Source: Basidiobolus meristosporus CBS 931.73 (lineage: Eukaryota; Fungi; Basidiobolomycota). Taken from it: 64,000 bases of DNA. The notes under the pieces were generated by a model. The model was given only the letters and a program-made list of their open reading frames with translations. It made no database searches and was not told the origin of the DNA. A program made the position numbers and the translations under genes. Shown in pieces: positions 13,500-23,607 of this stretch (the stretch's first letter is position 1; every line of letters begins with the position of its first letter). The stretch covers positions 62,001 to 126,000 of the forward strand of contig MCFE01000108.1 of assembly GCA_002104905.1 (NCBI GenBank), in the 5' to 3' direction.

Positions 13500-14720
13500 A
13501 AAGAAATAAATGTGAAGAGCCTGTCAAATGGCCATCACTCAATCAAAGTCCCTTGACTGAGAGATAATGACTTCATCAGAACACTGTGCAAAGTGTGTTA
13601 AAAGTAACTGCACCCCAAATTTCACAAGAAACTTGGTCAAAATTTTCATCACAACAATACATAAGTGGCTTTGGATTAGTCTTCTTCCAGTTCTCTCTCT
13701 TTCTGAGCCCAAACACTCAGTTACCTTCTATGTTTGTACTGCTAGCTTGGTTATTGCCTCTGTTTCACTCTCCATACTTCCTGACTCAACTAATTATCCA
13801 ACTTTTTAGGTACACAAATTGATTTATATCTGTTAGTACTTCAGTTATACCTCAATTGCCAATTGTATTGACCTATACAAGTCCCTTTACCCAAAACCAA
13901 TACTAAGCCCAGCCCCAAATTCAATAAGTATCTTCTTCAAATCCACAACTCAATAAATATTTCTGATGTAATGTCCTTTATACATGACTTTGGCAGGAAC
14001 CCTATGGCTTTATGCTCCTGTGTTATGATCTGCTGCTTGAATGTTTAAGTTAGATCAGGTTTTAGTCTAATCAATTAGTTATATGTTTAGGTTATCAGTA
14101 TATCAGTATTATCTATCAAATCAGTAGCATTAGTCAGCAAATGAATCAGCAGATCCTTATTAGACAGAAATAGATATATTAAGTAGGATCTTATTTGGTG
14201 ATGATGATGCAATTAAATGAGTCATCAGCCACAACCTGCATTAGGAGATACAATTAGTCAGCAATTGATCTGGCATAATATATATAAGGAGCTGCTGGAG
14301 CCATAATAAAGATCAATTCAAGTTTTAGAGAATACAATACTAGCTAACCTCCCTATTCCTCTACAACTCTAATACCAAGACTTGTAACAACTGTTCATTA
14401 ACTGGTTCCCATTCATCCTGCTTTTAAGCTGGCAATGCAAGGTCACACATCTCATCTGCCAGTCTTTTTAAAAAGTCCTTTAATTATTCAATTGTGTTTT
14501 CTTAATTGCTGCTCTTGAAAAAGTGCTACAACCTCTTGGAGTGTCTATTATTACTCCAGAGTTCCACTATAGGTATTATGATAGTGTTTTGAGTTCTTGA
14601 TATTGATGCTTTGTCTGTCAGTGGGATTTTTTTGATGTCTACAATGGAGGACAAGTTGTCCAGACTGCCCCAGACTCTGTACATATATTGTTGAGACCTC
14701 CCACAGCCTATTTTACATGT
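13500..14720 (-). pseudogene. Fragment of the CACTA-like accessory ORF
   Basis: Homologous to ~45390-46200 in the same orientation; interrupted by a solo LTR. Confidence 0.7.
14021..14389. mobile_element. Solo LTR, 369 bp, 4-bp TSD CCTG/ACTG
   Basis: TG...CA ends. The empty site ttatgccactgttcatt is visible at ~45883. Confidence 0.92.
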
Positions 14721-16351
14721 TTGTTATGCCAATACAATGTATAAGTAGAAATACTGCTTTTACATTCATTGATTCAGTAAGTGTAAACCAGTTAATACAC
14801 TTGTTCTCCCAATCACTTCCAATATCCCCTATACTCTTACAACAGATTATGAGCTACAGACTGTCACTCTTTGCAATGTCTATTACTACTATCACTGAGA
14901 TTCTTCCCTCTGCTGAAACCTGCATATATCTAACATGCAAGTGTGGAAGGCAAAGCTGAATATGCTACTACAAAAAAGCAGTGTTTGGGATATTGTCATG
15001 ACAAAAGAATCGCTATTAAAATGATTTCTTATCACTCTAGGTATCTGATATCAAAGTCTATACAAGCTGACTCATATTCCAGCACATCTGTAAGCCAATA
15101 GAAGTAAATCAATTGCCAAAGCACTAATGCTTTGACACAGGAAAATAGAAACATCATTTTTGAAAGTGTGATTGAACTGATTAAAGATCAGTTATTTTTG
15201 AGAGTGAAAATGATCCCACAGCTAGTTTGGAGCACTGCAAAGCTAGCATACATGGGAAACAAGCTAGGGAGCCATTGAAGAGCTCCAGGTTAACCAATTA
15301 TGAAAAAAGATCCATAAGCTTGGATCTGGGCTGGCCTATACAAAGTTATCCCTGGTCAGGATGAAGTAATTTATCAAATTTTTCACAATTATACTTGATG
15401 CATATAGTTCTCCTACATGAAGAGAAAGAAAGTAGCTCTGTCCCAGATCAGGGAGCCCAAAGCCATGGTGATGAGAGAAACTGGTTAAAAAATCAAGAAA
15501 ATATGCTGTGATTATGGTGGAGTATGTAACAAAAACTCTTCATCTACTTCTGCATACTCATAGGATAAAGCAAGAGGCTACCATACCATACTCCCCATGG
15601 CAAAATGAAGTAGCAAAATATGCAAACAAATTGATAACCAATATGACAAAATCTATCAAAATTATTCTATGATTTTTGGGTATAATCAGTGACCACAGCT
15701 GTGTACCCAAAATATAGGCATCAAAACAGACTTCTTTGTGACTCTACTCCATGGGAGACATGGTATGGGTACACATCAAGGGCAAAGCATCTACAATATT
15801 TGGGTGTACAGCATATGCCAAGAAACTACCCAGAAATCAGTCATAATCTCAGCCAAGAAGTTGAAAATGCATTTTTTTGGGCTACTGCAATGAGTGTAAG
15901 GCATACAAGCACTATAATATCATATCAAAGAGGCTGATCAAATGCAGGGATCTGTTCCTTGACAAAGACTCAAAGCTTTCACAAAAAAGAAAATCAGTTA
16001 ATAACAAACCTTATCTCAAGTCCACCAATAGTCAGGATTGAATCATTGCAGAACAATGAATACTTTTTCACTCCAGGGAACTCTACAACCAAGGCGCAGC
16101 CTAAATTAGTGCTCAGGAATATCTCAAAAGTAAATATTCTAGTATTACATACTAGGAGATCTAACCACAACAGAAATAGCCCAGATTACTGCATCAGCAG
16201 GGGTAAAACTTAGCCTACACATCTTCATCCGTATTTAAGAGCCCCAGCCTACAAAAATGGCCCTAAATAGCCCTCAGATGAAGTCTTAGAGATCTGCTAT
16301 TACTAAGGAGCATCAGGCCTTGTTGTGATTCCAAAATGGGACCTAAGCAAT

Positions 16352-16562
16352 AGACTTGTTCCATTGTGCCATTAATCATAGCACCAGAGAGTGCTGTATA
16401 TTTTGTAATTAATTTGATATTTTAGGGTCATATGCATGTCAATTGTGATCCCAAATTGGCACTATATGGCCCCATCTGGCACTCTGAGGCATGATCAGGC
16501 ACCATCTGGCATGCTATGGCACTATTAGGCACTATGATCAGCTGGAATGATGGAACAAGTCT
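16352..16562. mobile_element. MITE of the PHIS family (211 bp)
   Basis: TIRs agacttgttcc / ggaacaagtct, flanks aat/aaa; second copy at 42056. Confidence 0.92.
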
Positions 16563-16744
16563 AAAATGTAAAGCAACCAGAAATTGCTTGGATGCAGATG
16601 ATCCTTAAAGGCAATACATAGCTAATGATGAAGTTAAAAATGCATAGCAAGACTAGTAGACCAAGAATACTCTCAAACAAAAGGACTTGACCATGTTGAA
16701 ATATTGGGACTGTTAGCCAAGCTCATTTCCATCAGATAAATATT

Positions 16745-17537
16745 AGACTTGTTCCGTTGGATAGTGCCACATTGAGCCATGAGTGCCAAATGATGCCATA
16801 GTATGCCTGAGAGGCCAAGTGAGCCTATACTTGGCCACAGAGTGTGAAAAATAGATCTACATCTTTGTGCAAAGCAGCCCCTGTGTTTCACCTGTGATGT
16901 AGGAAAAAATCCATTTTTTGACTTTTTTTTGTGATATTATTCTACATATTAATGCAAAGCGGTCCATGAACTTCACTCACTTTGCTGGAGAAAATCCATT
17001 TCTTGACTTTTTTTTGGGATCAATATGGCTCATGATGTGAGATAACACACAAGGACTGAAGACATGCATTCAATATTCGATGCCCATGGCACTCTGAATT
17101 TAGCTTCAGAGGTCAGCAACATATCAAGAAATGCATGGTACTTTCTTAGTCCACTGGTATTATATGACACTGTAATGAAATATTAACCCTGAAGTGAAAC
17201 CAATACGGTGCACTTATAGTGCCAGATAGTACCATCCATTTTGTGCCATGTAACAGACCTCTGGAGCTGGATGCAGAGTGCCATGTGTATTGAGTATCAA
17301 ATGTATGTCTTTTGGCTTTCAGTGCTGTTACACATCATGCACAATATTGATCCCAACACTGGTCCAAAAGTGTGTTTTTCAGGCACAGAAGGTGAAATGC
17401 AGAAGCTGCTTGGCCTGAGTGTGTAGCAGTATGTTTCACATTCTGGAACCAAGCACAACTTTCCTTTGCCTTTCTGCCATGATACAACACTATCAGGCAT
17501 CAACAGCTCAATATGGCACTATGCAACAGAATAGGCT
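16745..17537. mobile_element. Non-autonomous PHIS derivative (~790 bp) with two left-type ends
   Basis: Starts agacttgttccgttggatagtgccac; ends atatggcactatgcaacagaataggct. Removal rejoins Copia RT (atcagat.aatatt|ggctattgcagcc). Confidence 0.8.
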
Positions 17538-18747
17538 TTGGCTATTGCAGCCGAATACATGTATTTTATACATCAAACAGATGTAAAAACTTTGTTTTGA
17601 ATGGAGAACTTGATGAGGATGTGGTCATGGACCAGCCTGATGGGTTTGCTGCCCAAAATAACCCACATTTGGTCTGCAAGCTTAAAAAATCTCTATAAAA
17701 TCTCAAACAGTTGCCTAGAGCCTGGAATTTCAAGATAGATTCAGTTCTATTAGCTCAATATGTGGTTATTCTTAGTATGGCCACCAATAACATTCAAGCA
17801 TTGGCAGACACTGAATCCAGCATATCTCAGGAGCTTACAATATCAAATCTAGGAGAGCTCAGTTACTACCTAATGACAAAGTTCTCCAAATACAAAGGTA
17901 CTCAGACTATCACCCTAAGTAAATCCAAGTTTATTCAAGTTATACTGAAGAAGTATTAAATAGAAGACTGTAAGATGGCAGCTATCCCAATAGAGGCAGA
18001 TCTGAACTTATTCAAAGCTCAACCAAGTCAAGAGTTCTTGCTGCCATCTGAAAGCCCTAACCTTCCTTATCAATTTATGGTCAGTGGCCTGATGTATATT
18101 ATTCTTGGAAGACATCTAGATATACTATATTTGGTGGGAGTTGTCAGCCGGCATAATCAGATCTATGGATCTGATTATATTATAGCAGTTAAGTAGATTT
18201 TAGATACCAAAAAGGAACTGCTGATATTGGCTTAAAATACACCAAAGGTATTAAGAGCAAGCTCATGGGGAATATTGTGATGTTGATTGATGAAAAACTT
18301 ACAAGCACAAGATGCACTACATGATACACCTTTCTTTATTATGAAGGACCAATTTCATTGATTTTAAGATAGCAACCAACTGTAGCACTTTATACCACAG
18401 AGGCTGAATATTTTTCAGTATGTGAAGCTAAAAAAGAGGCAATGCAACTAAGGGGGCTTGTTAAAGATTTAGGCATATGTCAGAAAATGTTCAGGAGACA
18501 TTTCAAGATACTCAATTCTGCATAAATTTAGGCAGAAGTCCAACTTTTCATACAGGAACTAAGCAAATATATATTTGATATCAATTGATATTCATGTGAT
18601 GCTCCTAAGCTTATTCAGTATGCTTGCTATGCCAAGACCATGTTAAGGTATAAATACAACACTTACATTCAATATATTGTCAAGTGAAAACCACATAATC
18701 AACTTGTTGTCCCAATAGCTTCCAATGACTCCAAGACTATTAGAACA

Positions 18748-19734
18748 GTATCTTCACTGCCTTTTGGAGCGTCTAGCCCTGCTTATAACAGGCTCATGAG
18801 AAAGCCACAGGTTTTTATCACTGCCAAACCCTTCATTGCTATTGTAACGGAGTACTTCCTGTATTGAACTATTTTTTTCTTTTGCTGAATGCTGCACTGT
18901 TGTGTTTGTTTCTGCTTGCTTGTCCCTCACTGGCACACTTCTGGCTACCTGATATTTTGTGACTGCTTGTTTGGAGCTTTCAGCCCTGCCTATGATGAGC
19001 TCTTGAGGAAGCAATTTATTATTAGCCATTGCACCCTTTTATGTTATAGCTCCAATGGCCTCTTGAATATCAGCCCACTCTTCATTATTGCACTTGACAG
19101 CTCCATGGATCTTCAATGTCTCTTAATATTTAGGCTTAGGTATAAACACAGCAGTTTCTCCCTCCCACACTGTTATAGGTTTTTTTGTGGGCTTTGTCTT
19201 TGTGCACTGTTGTTGTGCTTCTCAAGATATACATCCATTGACTATTATCTCTCTGGAAAGCATACAAAAGTCATCCAGCCATGGATACAGGCAGCTATCC
19301 AGGTGGGACAGTGATTTAGGCCCAGATACCAGTGAGACTACCATCAGATTATGGCTCTGATGCTGCAAGATAGGCAGCAGATTCAGGTTGATCAGAATCT
19401 GTGGGCAGCAGGATTTGCTGGTAGTGTTCTTGTTTAATGAGAAGCCATCAAGTGCCAAGGCAAAGGCACGGCCATACATACCTTCAAAGTGACCCTTGCT
19501 TCTTAGCTGTTTGTAATGTTTGCCATCAAATATATTGGATTTGTTTGTGCTTGATTGATACTGAGTGTGGTACTTTATAGCTTTACAATATTTGCTAGAC
19601 TGCATGAGCTTCTTTAGAAAGGGTATTACTGAATACATCCACAGTATGAATCATGGTTTCCCCCAATGGTGGTGGATTGCTGACTAGTTGAACACCTTTC
19701 AGTGGTGGCATTTCCTGATGTAAATGCCACGCAA
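18748..19734 (-). pseudogene. CACTA-like relic: tnp2 N-terminal part fused to an accessory ORF fragment
   Basis: ORF 19222..19638 (FDGKHY...LDGF...LINLNL...GPKS..LDSCLYPWLDD) is tnp2 family; 18754..19029 matches 45944..46987. Confidence 0.8.
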
Positions 19735-19755
19735 CTATATATGGTAAAATAGCGC

Positions 19756-20832
19756 TGTAGTGGGGTCACAGTGACACCCACAAGCAGATGTGCTCGTTCT
19801 CATACGTTCACTTCCCTAAAAAGGATTACCCCCCTATATTGGTATCATCCCAAATTTGCAATATTTCCTATTTTGTCTATGTGATTATTACTATGCAACC
19901 TGACAAACTATTTGTCACTATTAACCCATTGCACAAGCTATTCTTATTCCTTGCCAAGATGCCAAGATAAGATAGTTACCATATAAGGCAAGTACCCCAA
20001 GAGTGCCCATGTCATGTGACGGTCTTGGTTTCATAACCCTCCTATCCTACTACCATAAGAGGCAACCACATGACACAGGGGTTTCATATTACCTCTACCT
20101 GATTGGCTAGTTGCTACTATGTCTCATGGAACAATTTGCCAAGAATTTGCGCTATTTTTAGTACACAATGACATGATTGGCTGTCTACTACATTCTGGAA
20201 ACTTCCAGAAAGTATTTTCTAGCAAGAATTTGAGTAGCAAAAAAGTATATAAGGGAGGCTATCCCTCAAAATAAATCATCGCTCTTCTAATATTCCAACT
20301 TATTGATTAGTGAGATCACCGCTGCCTATTACCACTATTTTCTGACTTGGACCTGACAATACTCCCAGTAAACCGTACTGACAGCCAACTGACCTTGGAG
20401 GCAGTACTTGTGAGGTATACTCAGAGTGGGTATATTTTATTATATTTGTTTGTTTTCCCAAGTTTGTTCTTGTACAGGCAAAGATACTTTTCAGTCTTTG
20501 TAACTATTGGTCAAAGCTGCATTCTTATCAAGTCCCTGTTGGTGGAGTTTACAGTTGTTTTGACATTGGAAGCTGTAGTACATTGTCATCTCAAAGGACG
20601 TCAAAGCCATTATAAACTTTTGTTAAAATGCCTACTAAGTTGGGATTGTAGTTCAATAGTTTTCCCTTGAGAAGCTTGAGGCTTTATCCCCCTTCACATT
20701 AGATTAGATAAAAGACCCAGTATTCCTAGCAAGCTTTTGCCAGTGGTTATTGCACCCAGTGAACACCCCACACACATTCATACTTGAGAAGTGTTGGCTG
20801 TATTTTGCCCTTTGGACTTATACACCACCACA
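19756..20832. mobile_element. Solo LTR, 1077 bp (diverged subfamily), perfect TSD GCGC
   Basis: gcgc|TGTAGTGGGG ... CACCACA|gcgc. Confidence 0.93.
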
Positions 20833-21102
20833 GCGCAACTAGATCTTGGCAGTTTGTTAGGTTAGCTGCTGGTTCCCAAGTTTGATCATTTGGGCCGTAA
20901 CCCACCCAGTCTACTCAATAGACTTGTTCCGTTGGATAGTGCCACATAGTGCCAGCCTGTTTATAGTGCCGGATTGATCTGGCACTCTACGGCACTATCT
21001 GGCACTATAATTTCTACCATGATGCCAGTGGTATGATACAGTTACTGGTAATTTTACTCAATCTTACTTATGTTGCTCAGAATAGTGGTTTCCTTGCCTT
21101 AT

Positions 21103-21986
21103 TTACTCTTCATAATGCTCCAGACACATTTCTCTCAGTGGATGTCTTCTTGTATGAACATACTGTGCATTAATAAGTATCTTAACTATTTTACCTATTT
21201 TGCTGTTTTCACCTACATATGACTTTCCTCTATATTTACCTGCCAATATGCTGAATCTCTTCAGATATCCAAATGTGTGCTCTACCCTTACTCTGAAATG
21301 ATTAAATATCTCATTGTAGAGCTTCTGCTTCCTGCTAAGCACACCATTCCTTGGCTTCCTATAAGCTGTAATACATCCTAATCTCTGACAATCCTCTCCT
21401 ATATAGGCTAAGTCTGCCATACATTTCTCCCCTCTACTGAATTCAGGATGATTCTCTACCCAGAGTGCTTTGTCATGCCTACATTCAGCAAATGGCCCAC
21501 TAAACCAGATGATGTTACCCTCAATGTCAGACAGTGCTTGAAACTTCACACAGTGTGCCTTGTACTTGCCAGAATAAAAGTGCCTCTGCCCTCTGGAAGG
21601 TCTGTTAATCCTCACTGGGAAGGTATCCAAAATACTCCTGATATGGAACCTGTTGCTGAACACTCTGGGATATGGAAGTCTATTGGAGCTTCTGAACCCA
21701 GTATTCCAAGCTTGCTCTAAGTCATTCATACCCTCTGCAAGGTGGTTCTCCATTGCTGTCAGCTGGGAATGAAAGCTTCAGGACTTTTGTTGCCATGGAT
21801 GGTGGGATGAAACCTTGTAGGGCAATAGTTCTTGTAATAGCAGAGAAGCTTAACAAGGGATCTCCTTGATTAGATTGGGGTTAATGGTCCACAGTACTTG
21901 GTATAGATCTCCTCCAGTGTGTCAAACGAAAATCCAGTGGTAGTGATGGGATTGATGAGAAAAGACCATTCAGATGAGTAAGTCAT
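21103..21986 (-). pseudogene. DDE_Tnp_4-type transposase (~294 aa when repaired)
   Basis: ORF 21103..21753 has all three catalytic motifs (ILDTFP, MADLAY, RVRVEHTFGYLK). The N-terminus has a 1-nt deletion at ~21780 and a TAA at ~21869. Confidence 0.93.
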
Positions 21987-22345
21987 TTTAAAATTGATGG
22001 ATGATTGTATAGAGACGGTTTGAATTGATTTGGCGCAATCTGCGTTATTTATCTGATTTTTAACACATTATGGTTAAATCTCCATCAATTGCCATGTATG
22101 CCATCATTATGTCGCAAAAATCATCCACAAACAATGCCTTGGTACTTTTATTGATGCTTTAATCATAGGTCTATAATCAAATAGGAAATCTGCGATTGAT
22201 GTGATCTGATCCATGTCAATGCAATCCAAGATGCATCATGCATAATATGTGGAAAATTCAACAATCACATTAGTTTTCATATACATTTCATTTATGACCA
22301 TGTTGATGCCAATATACTGCTGTATAAGTATCCAAATCCGTTGCT

Positions 22346-23607
22346 ATGGTCCTCATACCAAGCCTCAACTCATCTTTAGTACAACCCAGACAAAACCCAT
22401 CCCCCAGCTCACCAGCGCGGTCCGGACCGGAAAAGTTGATGTTGGATCCGTTTGAGTTCTTGCCAAATGATTTTAGTATGGCCCAAGTGTCTATGATGAG
22501 CCTTCATACAGATATTTGGGCACTACTGATTAATATAGCAGAACTACATACCTCAGAGAGTCAACAAAGATGGAAGAATTTGAGTAGAAAGCTGTGGCAT
22601 GAGTTCTGCATCAAGATGCCAGCCAATGTATGTAAAAAGATATATAACAAGACAAGTATTGAAATCAAGAATGAGCTGAGAGTGAGGGGATTTGTCAAAG
22701 AAGCCGCGCGGGAACAATTTTGCGCGCAATTTGCACAGTACGGGCCGGACGCGTCCATTTGTGCCTCAACTTTGGGAACCAAAGAGATTTTGAATGAGTT
22801 TTTGCCTCAAATGACTAATGTACTATGTGATATATTAGTAGAGCTAAGTGGCTTCCAAGAGCAATATACACAGGACTCATCCAGGCAACAGCTCCAAAGT
22901 ATCAGACAGAGGGTAAGTGAATACCTTGAGGAATCAGATGGTGAGCTTCAGGAGGAAGAATACAGACCGCAAGCAACATCGTCCAGATTGCGCCAGCATG
23001 CCTTGCTGGATCCCCTACCATCTCTTGCAACCACAGCGCGCCGGCGCATGTCAGTTCAGACCACGCCAACACCCTTTACCAGAATGCCACGCGTTGAGTC
23101 AACGCGCATTGAGTCAACGCGCGTCGGGTCAACGCACGCACTTCAGAGCAAAACTACGAGAACTTGCCAAACTGCTCATTTAGACACGAGTCCATTGGAG
23201 CGGACCAAGTCGCGTCAACATGCGGCATCACATCAAACTCAGCCAAGGGCCATCTCAACGCGTCAAGGCGCGCCTGTGTGTGCCGTTTTGCCCAACCATC
23301 AGCGAGTTACTTCTGGTGAACTGACTGATGATGACCAACATGAAGTGCCTCAACACTGGAGCCCTTGGCAAGTAAAAGAACGCGTCAGCGCGTGGCACTA
23401 CAGGCCGGTTCAGTTGGTTCAGTTGGAGCAATTCAGCACGGCCAAGCTGCAGCATTGCACTCATCAACTAGGAGGCAAAATACTGACTATGAATACACAA
23501 GTAGCCAAGATGATAGTCAGCCAGGAAGTAGTATAGGTGTGCAAAGTGAGTTACTACCAAATGCTTCAGTAGTAATCCCTGTGAGAAAAAAACCCAGGAG
23601 AAGATGA
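22346..23607 (+). pseudogene. PHIS ORF2: Myb/SANT-like domain, low-complexity middle, basic C-terminus RKKPRRR (~420 aa when repaired)
   Basis: ORF 22346..23536 plus 23365..23607, with a 1-nt deletion at ~23355. The motif IW...RWKNLSRKLW...ANVCKKIYNK resembles a Myb/trihelix fold (inference, no HMM run). Confidence 0.75.

Larger units (their letters stand above)
14760..18747 (+). mobile_element. Heavily deleted Ty1/Copia element
   Basis: LTR end cttacaaca at 14844 followed by PBS gattatgagc; gag, integrase (15689..15937) and RT/RNase H (17513..18196) remnants; 3' LTR remnant ending ~18747. Confidence 0.85.

Noticed and set aside
20918-20921. Alternative reading of the PHIS ends as GACTTG... 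with a TA duplication (Tc1/mariner-like)
   Set aside because: The empty site at ~41290 and the Copia RT join at 16745 would each carry 3 extra bases under that model; the transposase is also DDE_Tnp_4-like.
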